Positions 36,995 through 49,100 of a DNA stretch of 64,000 nt are shown here, in pieces. A model generated the notes under the pieces. The model worked only from the letters and a program-made list of their open reading frames with translations. It had not been told where the DNA came from and searched no databases. Position 1 is the stretch's first letter. Every line of letters begins with the position of its first letter. The stretch lies in assembly GCA_964035545.1 (NCBI GenBank), contig OZ037773.1:5237751-5301750 (forward strand), given 5' to 3'. The position numbers and the translations under genes were made by a program. The stretch is from Bugula neritina (Eukaryota > Animalia > Bryozoa).

Positions 36995-39900
36995 ATGGAA
37001 CTCCCAGAAAGGCTTTCGGCTCGTTTTGAAGGGTTTGTAACTTAAGTTGTACATTTTTTGTTGAATTAAAACATTTACATTTGCAGTTTTATTCATATAA
37101 AATCTAGTGTAAATCTTGCACTTATGGTTTGAAAAAAATATAACAGCTATCCATATGATTAAGTTGTCATTATGATTTATGTAATATTTAACTATTGTAG
37201 GTTGATATTTATGTTGATAATTGTTAAAACAATCATTGCCACAGTTTGAATGGTTTTAGTTTTAAATCTTATCTTATAATTTGTTCTAATTGGTTGAAAT
37301 TTGCTATCAAAACCTATTATATGAAAACATCAACAGCTAGCTAGCATTTCCTGTTTCCATAATGTTTAAGCACAGACTGATATTATATAAGCATGAAATT
37401 AAAGCACTTTTTATAGCACTATTAACGTGTAATAAGTTTTGCTTTTAATTTCAAAAGGTCAACCAGCTAATTATGCCATTTTAAAAACTCCAATGAAACA
37501 TGCACATAATTGTTATGCAAACTAGCCATAATAATACATTTCACTTTTTATCAGCTAGACGTTGAAATTATTCAAGTCTCATTTCGATTCAACATGAAAA
37601 TTAGTCAAACATGTTTTGGGATGTAGCTCTTAGCTGCTAGGTTCATCATTTTGCAATAATCATGATTATTGCTGGATACGTCTAAATTTGTTGGTAAAAA
37701 TCTTAAGAACTTCATCTAGTAAGCTTTTAATTCCTAGCTTCATACACTGTTGTGGTGAAACTTTGTGTTTCAATTGTTGCTTATGCATTCACATGTAAAT
37801 TTTAGTAGTGTCACTCACTTTTATTTTTGTGTTAGCCTTCTCATACTGTATTCTAATTATTGAATATTTTAAACACCCAAAGTTTGAGCTACGTGACAAA
37901 GATAGCTAAATGCCAAATTGAGATACAATATTATTTTAATAAAGATTTTAAGGAATGAAAATTTTAAATGATCTTTGCAATCAATGTGGGAATAGCACAA
38001 TATTACCCCTGAAATGATCATATGTGCTTCTATTATTTTCAAATGCAACATGGAAAATAATTTGATGGTTTATGGAAATTTATTAAGTAATTTACATATC
38101 AATATTTATAGGTTATTTTTATCTTATGTGGCTGGTAATCTACTATAGACAGCTAGTATTGGTTTTTTAAGAAGTGTTTTGTGGAATGTTTTTGTTGGGA
38201 CTGTTTGCTACTGTTGGGACAGTACATGAGCTTGGAAAGCTTGTTGAATAATTACAGCTTCACTTGTATTTTTAAAGCTATGTTAGCTGCATTATGTTTT
38301 TCTCTATTGGGATACTATGATTCTAGCTACTACAAAATAGCTAACTTTTAAGGCTGTTATAAAACCCATCATTTTCTGTTATCCATTCACTTCTCACTTA
38401 GCTTTTTTACTTAGCTCTCAGTCTGCGGTAATATAAATACGTCCATACATATTAAAACACAACAGCTATTCCACACCTTATGTGTCAATCAGGTGCTAAG
38501 CTAACAAGTTTAATTTATTAAGTTGCATAGTTTATTACTCAGGCTGCGTAGTTCTGGTTTATGAATAAAGAAAGCTTTAAATGCTTTTGTCTTTGTTTGG
38601 CTGAATTGATGAACTTCAATAGGTATTAGTAATTAGTTTGAAACAAACATCAACAATGCTGCATGTTTTGTACTATATTTGAATCAACACAATGTATTCT
38701 ACTATTGTTTCCTTAATTATTTTGACACATTTTAGGGGGGGGGGGGGGGCATTCACGAAAGCTTGAGTTGTAATTTCTTAGCATACCAGATTTTAGCTTG
38801 TCAAATTTCAAACTTTTATAATTATAATATTAAAACAATGAAAAGTAACTAAATGACATTCATATTCTTGCAACTTGCAAATTTTACTATAAATTTGTAT
38901 TTTGCTGCCATGTTTTAGATCTTTCGCATACAAGACAGTCAAGGATCGTCTCCCCACCATATTGGTTTCTGTGATTGACACTTTGCACAGGGAAAAGGAA
39001 AAGTTAGCAGAAAAATACCCTGTTGTAAGTCGTATGTTCTGGCAACATTCCAACCAGCTTGGTCTGTTAATGATTTTGAAAGCTTACAAATGAAAGACAT
39101 GCTAATATATATTACTTTATGTTGCCAGTGTCGAGGTATCTAAAATCAATAATTTAGTATGTAAAAATAAAGTTTAACTTCCGATTTATCTTTTTATGTA
39201 CTAAACTCACACTGTTGTGTGAAAACTTATTTGCTTGTGTTTAAGCCAGCTTCTGGTGATCCAATGTTTTTAAGGTTTAAACACAAAAAGTTCCATCATT
39301 CAATGAATTATAAAATCAGCAAAATGCAGTTTGTACAATTATATCATTATGTTATAATAACATTGCTACATGTCATAGAATTTATGTCATTCAAAGTGTT
39401 GCTGATTAACATGGTCAATGAACTTCTTACACATTAAGCATGCTATTGAAAACACCAGGAGGTATTCTGCCATGTATGTTAATAGCTTGTTAGTATAATA
39501 TGTAATATAGTAGTGCAGCGGTTTTCCTGGCATCTATTTGCTAATAATTTGTCTAGAAATCAAATATTCAATGACTTGATAGGTTACTTTAAGTATGTCA
39601 AAGGTCGTGTCATAAGATAGTTTAAGCAGTTTTTTTTCAATTTTTGATTTCGCAGGTAATTGATATTTATATTTAGCTCATCATAGCTACACTGACTAAT
39701 TCATTTTTTGATGATTTTTATAAAGTTGAGTATTAATGATTTTTGCTATCAAATGCATAAAAAATGCACCTCAAAGGTTATATACTTGTCTGTAGTAATA
39801 TTTTGTCCATGAAATAATGTGCTATTTTGAAGTTTATTATTGATATAACTGCATTGTTTTTAAATGTTCAGCTGTTTGTAATTAGAAACTACCATGGGCA

Positions 39901-42900
39901 AATGGTAGTTTTTGTTTTCACTTGAGTTGCTTTAATCTGTAGCTTTTCATAAATTGATACAAAAGCAGGTTTTGGTGAGTAGCTGAAATAACTTTTAAAA
40001 TTGGGTGCTATTTATTGTTCAATTTTGGCAAAATTTGAGCCTGGAAGTCTCCAGAGCAGGGCTGTCCAACAGGCAGTCCCAGGGCCTGATGGGATCCCCA
40101 GCTTAAACTTATGTGGCCCTCAAATGCATAGCAAATAAAACTATTTTGTACACGTTTATGACTTGGAGTGTAAAGTTAAAATTTTAAATGAGCTAAATTT
40201 AAATACATGCTACAAAACATGCAGCTTGCAGTAATCATTGGGACTTCATTGTGTAATGATACATAGGAATTTAGAATAATGTAATTTGAAAAATATTGAA
40301 GCTGTGGCCTCAAGCTAAAGTTTGCAATGTGGCTCTTGCCATTGGAATATTTCATTTCAGTAGCCTTGGCTCTGAAACGGTTGGACACCCCTGCTCTAGA
40401 GTTGATTGAAAGCTAACATAAACGTAATGTGATATTTTCAGCAAGGTACAACACAGCTAAAGGAAGTAGTGTCTAGACTGTCAAAACTCAGGTATGAAAT
40501 GATGACAAACAAACCACTGAATTACCTGGATGATGAACTGCCAGATGCCAGTATCTGGAATGATTATCTCTGCCAACTCTCTAAGAGTGGAGGTAAGTGT
40601 GTCGTACTCTGTATGCGCACACAAATAATGCTACTCATAATTTAGTAATATCATTATTTTAAAAAGTTTACGCAATGACATTACATTTCTAGAACCGAGG
40701 CAGTGATTCTAGACTTAAACATCCTTTTAGTGAAACCCTCAAAAAATATTTGAATTTGTCGCATCTACAATGACCAGTATACACATTTCAACGTATACTA
40801 CATGTTCCTGCATTGTACGTTGTTTATATAATATATAAAAGTAAAATTTCGTCAGGTGTTTAGAGTTATCCTTCCTTTATCAACGTCATTTCAATGTAGT
40901 ATACTGTCACTTTGCTAATATGTTTGATTTTAGACACACCTTCTTGGTATAAAAGTCATTGGTTATATGTTGAGTGTCTAATGTATCGGCAAATTGTCTC
41001 CTCATTAAAGCAGAGGTATGTCTTTGGTTATTTGAATATAAAGAGTGATTTCCAGTATCTAACAGTGAATTGTTATTCAACTGCGATGGATTTCTTCACA
41101 TGCTTGTGAAATATGAGGCTATGGTGTTGATAATCTTATATCTTGTTTAAATCAAAATTCAATTTTACTAAAATTAAAATACTTTAAGAGTTGAGAGCCA
41201 TGTTGTGTTCAAATTTTCTCATGAATGCATATTATTCGATAAAGTTTTGGTTTGGTATTTTGAAAAAATAAAAACCAATGAAAGTCATAGCAGTTTGCCT
41301 AAGTTACTCTTGATTAGTGTTTCGCTCATTTTTCAATATAATGAAAGGCATGCACTTAGTGTACATGCACTGCTTTCATTTTCTCAGTGTTTTTGCAAAA
41401 AGAGCCCTTCACAATTACAGTATGGTATAGTTGTATAATCATATAGTATCATATATTACATCGTACCATATGATAATATAGAATTGTGCAATCATGTGGT
41501 AACGTATAATTATACAATTATTTATGTCTCATATTTGCAGCCAGATTTTAGCAGATTTTGACCCATTTTTTGAATCAAAGAAAAAGAGTTACCTCACATC
41601 TCTAGAAGCAATCCACACTGTGATTGGCTATTTAACTTCTAAGACCAGTTCTCCACCCACAGATGTGCTGGATAGGAAGATGCTACTTCGGGAGTTTCTG
41701 GAGGTATATTTATATATGTGTGTGTGTGCGTGCATTCGCGTGCCTGTGTGCGTGTGCACGTGCGTGCCTGTGTGTGTGAGTGTTAATGCATGTATTTTCA
41801 GCAAAAAGGTTGTGAATTAACTTAGTCTCTTAATTTTGAACAAACACGTAGACTTAGTTTCAATATGAAATACAGCTCTTTGAAGCCATCATATAACATT
41901 TCTAGGTATTTCTAGTGATAGCCAACATATGATTTGAATACTCAAAATGGCTGCCTTGCTTGAAGTGTTGTGACTTTCACAGTCACCATCTTTCAGTTAC
42001 CAAGTGGTTTTCATCTTTTATTTCAATGTGTTTTCTTTTGCTTTGAGATTCTGTTGTGATAATAAGATTAAATGATTTTTCTTGACCCTTTACTAGGACA
42101 TGTGAAAATATTATTCTAATTGTGATGGTTTGTTTTTCCGGCATTAATGTAGCATTTACTTTATAATTTGCAAAGCACCAATCAAATTTTTGTTCGTTGC
42201 ATGTTATGAAGAAGTACAACTAAAGTGATTTACCGCGCACTAAATTAACATCTTTGAACTATTCCCACTTTGAGTTTCACAGCTTATATGACTCATTTCA
42301 GCTATCGTTGTGGGGAAACAGGTGTGATTTGAGCATCTCAGCTGGGCGGGACAACTCCCAGACTTCAAATCCACTGAAACAAGTTGGACAGTTAGATGAA
42401 TTAATACTGGCTGATGATTTTGATAATCTGTGGGACTACCTGCGGTCACTTGGTGCTAAGACTAAAACTGGTGCTAAAGTCAGAGTAGATATAATCTTGG
42501 ATAATGCAGGTATAAATTTCATTAGAAATTGCTCTTTTTTAATAACAATCTTATTACTTAAACTATCATTGACTTGTAACGGGGAATTGTGGATTGTTAT
42601 TTTCTTTCATTGTTAATTTTGCATAGATTGTAGAATTTTACTCCATGAAATTTAAATTAAAATATTGCAAAGCAATTTTAATTTTTGTCGAAGGTGAAAT
42701 TTTGTGTCCAATTAGAATTATTTGGTTGCATTACAAAACATCTTGTCTTCAACATAAAAAGTTTAATCTAAATATATAAAATTAGTGTTGCAAGATATCT
42801 ATTTTGATAAACACAAACTTTAAATCAGTGAACAAGTTTATCAATTATGACTTTTCTGTAGAGCATTGCTCTCCTATATGTCATAAATCCTAGAGCCATA

Positions 42901-44846
42901 TTCACATTATGTTTCCGTGAAGTGATTTGGGTATATCCTGAGCCTTGTATTAATTTCACAGTACACTCAGGTGTTTGAGGAATATTTAATATTTTCTTCT
43001 ACTGTCCAGGTTTCGAGTTGCTGTCGGACTTGTGTCTAGCCGAAATTTTACTGACGTTGGATTGTGCCACTGAAATTGTGTTCCACATGAAGGCGTACCC
43101 CTGGTTTGTATCCGACACCACGGAGGAGGACGTACAGTTCTGTGTCTCCCAACTTCTGCAGTCGGAGTTGTTAGCCGAGAAAACTCAGGGCAGTTGCTGG
43201 GCCAATAGAATCAATGAGGGTTAGACTCGCCATTTCTTGTGACTCGAGTTTAACATTACAACTGCTCATTATTAAACATACTGTTATATTATGTCTGTTA
43301 CATTTAATGTGTTTTAATATGATTTCTCAAACATCAGATTTCCTAATCTTATTAGCAGCAGTTTTTAGAAAGTTTTGTGTTTTTATTGAATAATTTGTCT
43401 TGTATTAGGCTGGCGTTGAAGCCAACAAAAATATTGTATTTGTATTTTTTTCAAGACACACCTGAGCTTCTAATTTTTAATCACCTGACAGTTAGGAGTA
43501 AAAATTATTCCACTTCACCTTTAGGCTGACTCTATCTCACTCTCACACTAACTCTATCTCACTCTCACACTAACTCTATTTCACTCTCATACTGACTCTA
43601 TCTCACTCTCACACTAACTCTATTTCACTCTCATACTGACTCTATCTCACTCTCACACTAACTCTATCTCACTCTCATACTAACTCTATCTCACTCTCAC
43701 ACTAACTCTATCTCACTCTCATACTGACTCTATCTTATTTTACTCTTAACTTTTTCCTGTATGTTACTCTGACAAAATCACTTATATAGCAATTATATCC
43801 TTTGCCATACACCTGAGTATTTACTCAACCTGTGGACATGATGTAATAGATGGTTAGTTGTTCAGGTATTCTAAATACTATAACAATGATTGTTTCTTAT
43901 ATTTCAGGTGTCTTTGTTTTCAAGAAGGACTTGTTCTGGACGCTGCCCCATGATTTCGCTGCCATGAGAAGTGCGAGACCCAAGTTGTACTCCAGTTTGG
44001 CCAGGAGTCATCTTCTCATATTCAAAGGTGAGCTACAAAAATTACTTGCCTCCTGAACTTTAAGAGCATCTAAAATACTTGGAGTTGAATGTGTTCCTTT
44101 CATCTTACCTGACCAACACAGACTTCTAAATTCTATGAGTGTTTTTTACAATGTAGTGAGTCTCTTTCTATAGAATTCTAGAAGTACATTTGCGTTCTGT
44201 ATTCTATAAAATTCTGTATTCTATATTGTATGAAGACTCTACTTTCTATGTTCTATAGCAGTATGTTCCTCAACATAGTGAGACTCTAAGCTCTAAATTA
44301 TATAGAAATTTTATAGATGTATTTGTGTAGAAAGACTTTACTTTCTATATTCTATGAAAGTAGAGTTTATGTGAAGTTTGAATTTCTTTTAACATCTACA
44401 TTAGCCTTTTTTTACATATCTAAAAGTAAGCTGAAAATAATACAGACATTTCACCTAAGCTGTTTATATAGATGACATTTCTATTTAATTTCATGAAGTA
44501 TATGTATTCACTTTTATGGTTTGTTAAAGGAGATCTAAACTACAGGAAGTTGGTCGGGGATCGTCAGTGGCCCCGTCAAGCTACATCCTTCTGTGAATCG
44601 TTGCTACAGTTCAACCCAGCTCCACTGCTGTCACTGCGAACACTGAAATGTGACGTCTGTGTTGGACTGGGCGTTGCCACTGTGGCTAAACTAGACAAAG
44701 AGAACAAGGACTGGATGATTAATGGTCAATATGCTGTCATACAATACACACAAACCGTACTGCCTTTGGAGTTACCTGACCCTCCTGTCTCCTGTGTCAA
44801 AGGCTCAGTTGTGATCAACCCTTTAGCTACTGCTGTAATAGACTAG
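36995..44846 (+). CDS. ARMT1: Damage-control phosphatase ARMT1 (DUF89), ~464 aa
   Basis: join(36995..37032,38919..39024,40442..40592,40934..41015,41541..41703,42302..42509,43010..43219,43908..44027,44530..44846), 1395 nt. Motifs GSFAYKTVKDRLP, WLYVECLMYR, SLWGNRCDLS, LDNAGFELLSDL, HMKAYPWFVSD, IFKGDLNYRKLVGD, LRTLKCD. Confidence 0.95.
40057..40393. mobile_element. hAT (Charlie-type) MITE
   Basis: TIRs CAGGGCTGTCCAAC / GTTGGACACCCCTG; 8-bp TSD CTCCAGAG / CTCTAGAG (NTCTAGAN type). Confidence 0.9.
41715..41783. repeat. Imperfect (TG)n/(TGCG)n tract
   Basis: TG-rich run directly after ARMT1 exon 5. Confidence 0.85.
43527..43735. repeat. 22-bp minisatellite ACTRACTCTATYTCACTCTCAY
   Basis: About 9.5 near-identical units in ARMT1 intron 7. 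Confidence 0.95.
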
Positions 44847-46127
44847 ACTGGGGTCTTAACTTTTAAGTTCTTATGGAGTTTTGGTACTACAATTATCATA
44901 TATACATTATCAAGTCTAATTGTTTACCTTTCACTACCATGTTCTAATTGGCTTGTGGAATTTATCAAGTATAATCCTGGTTGGTTATTTAAGACGATCA
45001 ATGTTTCAATTAGAAGGTAACTTTTAATTTAAATGAATTGAACTGATCAGAAAAAAATTATTTGCTATTTTCTCAACATAGATTGCAAGATGCTACTAGA
45101 CTTTATTGTATCCATTATGTCTTTTGACGAACATATTCTGGAATCTAGAAGCCTGCCCTTTTTGTTTCAAATAGTTCAAGAAAACAAACAGTAAATTATG
45201 GGTTTGTTTTATATAGTCTGTTTGAGTTATTTACACGCTGGTGTGGGAATGGCTCCCAAGTTCTTAATGTTACATGTGAAGTGGGCTTTCAATTTAATGG
45301 CGTTCTATAAAAAAGGAGTGTATCAAGTTGAAATAATATATTTTGTATTTTTTTATTTTATTTTGTTTCAAGTTGTTGTTTGAACAAGTTAGTATACGTT
45401 AATATTACTGTTATTAAAATTATAGTTTCAACATATTTTGAAGTGATAACTACAATTTTGGATATATCAATATAAAGATTCTATTATAGCATTAATTACT
45501 GTGACAAACTCACACAATACTTGTATTTCATAACATAACTGAACAAATAAATAATAATACAGTTACTATAACTTGGAAACGTCAGCATGAAACAATGGTA
45601 AATATAACGTAGTAAAATACTGAATTAGAGCTATTTATGACTTTTATATTAAACTAAATATATGAAATAATTGTTCTAATCGATTCATAGGCAGTAATTA
45701 ACTGCTATATATTATGTACAAATATACATCAAAACAACTATTGTCGATAAACTTTATCTGTAATGAGCTTGAGGTACGCAATATATACAAACATTCTAGT
45801 ACTTATGTACATAATACTGGCTTATCACAATAAACATGAGCCGACAAGACTTTCCACAGGCTAGGATTGCACAGGGTTGAGCACATTTTATAGAAATTAT
45901 AATGAAAATATATTAGTTTAATTTCAGAGTGAAATATAAGAATCTATGTTATAGAAATAATTATGAATCAGTTGTGAGCAATTAATTGTGTGCATGTAAG
46001 TTCGAGAGCACGTAGTGAATTTTCGAGTAAATCCAGAAAGACTAAACTCCCAGAATATAATCTTGACTAACAGATGCAGGTAATTCTCTCCAGGTGGGCT
46101 GGAAGACATATAATACTTGGGGGTGAG

Positions 46128-49100
46128 TCAGCGAATATGTGCTACTGGCTGCCCATTGACCGCATTGGCAGCAGGAAATGTAAAAGCAGGCTCCGATTCA
46201 CAGTGCCAGCTGATTGGGCGAGGTGATTTAGTCGGAGTGTTACACGTGCACTGATTGGTTGTTTCGAGTAGCTGTTTGTCATTGCACAGTGCTGAAAGCA
46301 TCGGTAAAGACACCATCGCATTTTTTACCTCCTCTCTTAGCCTGTCAATCTCAGGGTTGGACAACTTCAAACAACTGCACTGACCGCTGGTTGTGGCCGC
46401 CTGCTTGCGGAGTTTCTACATATAAAGATACGACACGTTAGCCACATAATCATATGTTAGGTTCGTCATAAAAACATATCGTAGGCTAAACTCTAACGGG
46501 ATAAGGATTTTCAAATCTACTTACTTATAGGTTGAGAAAAACATCAGATATTAGGAAAAGTCTCAAGGTTTGATATTTCAGACAGAGAGGTGAATATTAA
46601 TTACTTTGAAGGTGGTAATAGAAAAAGGCAACACGTAATACTGATTAATTAGAATTCAATTGAGCCATGTGTAGAGGAAAAGTAGGCACACACCACAACA
46701 ATGCTCTTAGAAGCAATTTAGATGCTGGAATGCAAAACCTTAGCTCTAGGGTACAGCCTTGAGCCTTAATTCTAAGCCTTGGTTCTAGCAAACTGTATTG
46801 AGACCTATTTCTAGCATGTGACTAGAAAATAAACATAACTGCAGTTTTTTGAAATACTTACTTTTCCAACTGGTGAAGATCTTTTGTCTGCATGTTCGCT
46901 TATTTGCTTGGAGTATGAAGGTTTATGGAAAGGTCTGACTGCCACAGGAGTGGATGGTTGAAAAGGAGTGTAGGGGGTCAGACTAGATGAAAAACTTGAG
47001 TTGGTTGAGTCATCGCTAGCCTGAGTACTAGATGACAACATCAGTTGGCGCTGACGTGCATGAGCCTCGCTATAACTAGGCGGAGGGGTATAATCAAGCA
47101 AGAGTTTCTCCATGCTGGGAGAGTTTGATATCAGATTGTATTTATGGTGTGATTGTGTAGGGGAACTAGTCGAAGGGCAATGATACGCCATTTTGATTCC
47201 ATAAGAACCATTTGATGAGCGGGGTGACTGAATCACAAAGCGATTTAAGCTCAGCTGATCAGCACTTTTGCTCATCGAAAGTTTCTGAGTAGCTTTTGGG
47301 GGGCTTGTATGAGTTATCCCTAAAGTTTTACGGATAATGGCAATATTCTCATAGTCAGGCTCATCAATAGTTTTGTCAGAAAGGGCTCTCCGTGGCAAGT
47401 TTTTCTGGCATTCTTGTACTTTATAGCGGAAATGCTGGAACTTCTTACTAGGTTCGCTGATTGCCCTTTGAACTGTGGCCGAGAAGTTAGCTGAGGATGG
47501 TGAAACGTACTCGGTATCTGAGTCCAGCAGAGAGTCAAAACTTGATGGTCTCGTGGGAGAGGAAATTAGATCTTCTAAAATGAAATACAGAATAAATAAG
47601 TAGGTCAAGTCATTGTACTAAGTGTAAAGTTGTGTCAAGTCATTGTATTAAGTGTAAATATTTATCCCAAGTCATTGTACTAAGTGTAAAGTTGTGTCAA
47701 GTCATTGTACTAAGTGTAAAGTTGTGTCAAGTCATTGTACTAAGTGTAAAGTTGTGTCAAGTCATTGTACTAAGTGTAAATATTTATCCCAAGTCATTGT
47801 ACCAAGTGTAAAGTTGTGTCAAGTCATTGTACTAAGTGTAAAGTTGTGTCAAGTCATTGTGCTAAGTGTAAAGTTGTGTCAAGTCATTGTTCTACGTCTA
47901 AAGTTGTGTCAAGTCATTGTATCAAGTGTAAAGATGTGTCAAGTCATTGTACTAAGTGTAAAGTTGTGTCAAGTCATTGTACTAAGTGTAAAGTTGTGTC
48001 AAGTCATTGTACTAAGTGTAAAGTTGTGTCAAGTCATTGTACTAAGTGTAAAGTTGTGTCAAGTCATTGTACTAAGTGTAAAGTTGTGTCAAGTCATTGT
48101 ACTAAGTGTAAAGTTGTGTCAAGTCATTGTACTAAGTGTAAACATAGTGTAGACAGCTCAAGGTAGTGTCAAGAATCAAATGGTAATGAGTTGCAGTTAT
48201 GTTTTTAGTGCTTATTGCAATCCTTCATTAAAACGTCCAAATATTTTTACTCACATCACTACCAAGTGTCACAGTTAATGAGTTTCTACAACTCTACTAT
48301 AAAATGTCACACTAATTTATAGATGACACAGGATTTATCGTCATTTTAGTCTAAGATTTGAGCCACAAACTGAGTGCATTTTAGCTTAACTTGGTTAATT
48401 AAGCAATGAAGCACCAAAATAGTATTTTATAACAAAAACACACACTAAAAAATTTAAGATGCTTTGAGAAATAAGAACTTTTCAAGTGAACTCTTGTTTA
48501 TAACATAGAGATGTAAAACTTGAAATAATTATTGCAAATTTCATCACTGAAACTAACCCAATAAAAATATCATGCTTTATTCAACAAATAAATATATTTA
48601 TAGATCACAATTGCTTTCTTTATGAGGGACAAACACGGAGCGTCAACGTAAAAAGCTGATGCTATGTAACTTGAAAAATTACCTTATTTAATGATGTGTA
48701 AAAACAGTTTTGTGTAAAAACATGGCAATTATATTCGACTGTTATATTGAGTCACTTTTACAAAAAATTAAGTTTTAAAAATTTCAATTAATTGCATAAC
48801 ATTCTTTGAGAATTGCCCTTATCAATCATTTATAATAGCTTGCATAAAGCTCTCTTTCTCATCAACTATGATACCCATAAATATTCAATTGGCTGCATTT
48901 CAGCTGTAACTGCATAATGTTGTTCTTTTAAAAAAACCACTCCTAATAATGTTTGAGGAATAACCTTATATTATTTAAAAGAAATATTTCAGCCCCCTTT
49001 GCTTTTGTTATTATAAACAGGATGCAGTAAATTAGAGTTTCCAACTTGAAACCATACTAAACCCTTTGGAGATACTGGGCACAGGCTTAGTGCAGTACAG

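Noticed and set aside
11656-44846. Functional gene cluster (Golgi transporter, glucuronosyltransferase, oxygenase, phosphatase)
   Set aside because: These are ordinary conserved animal genes; adjacency alone is no evidence of a shared pathway.
47694-48166. Cys-rich repetitive ORFs (SSHCTKCKVV)n and (CQVIVLSVKL)n; also CRISPR-like repeat length
   Set aside because: These are translations of a 30-bp intronic minisatellite. There are no spacers or cas genes, and the context is eukaryotic.
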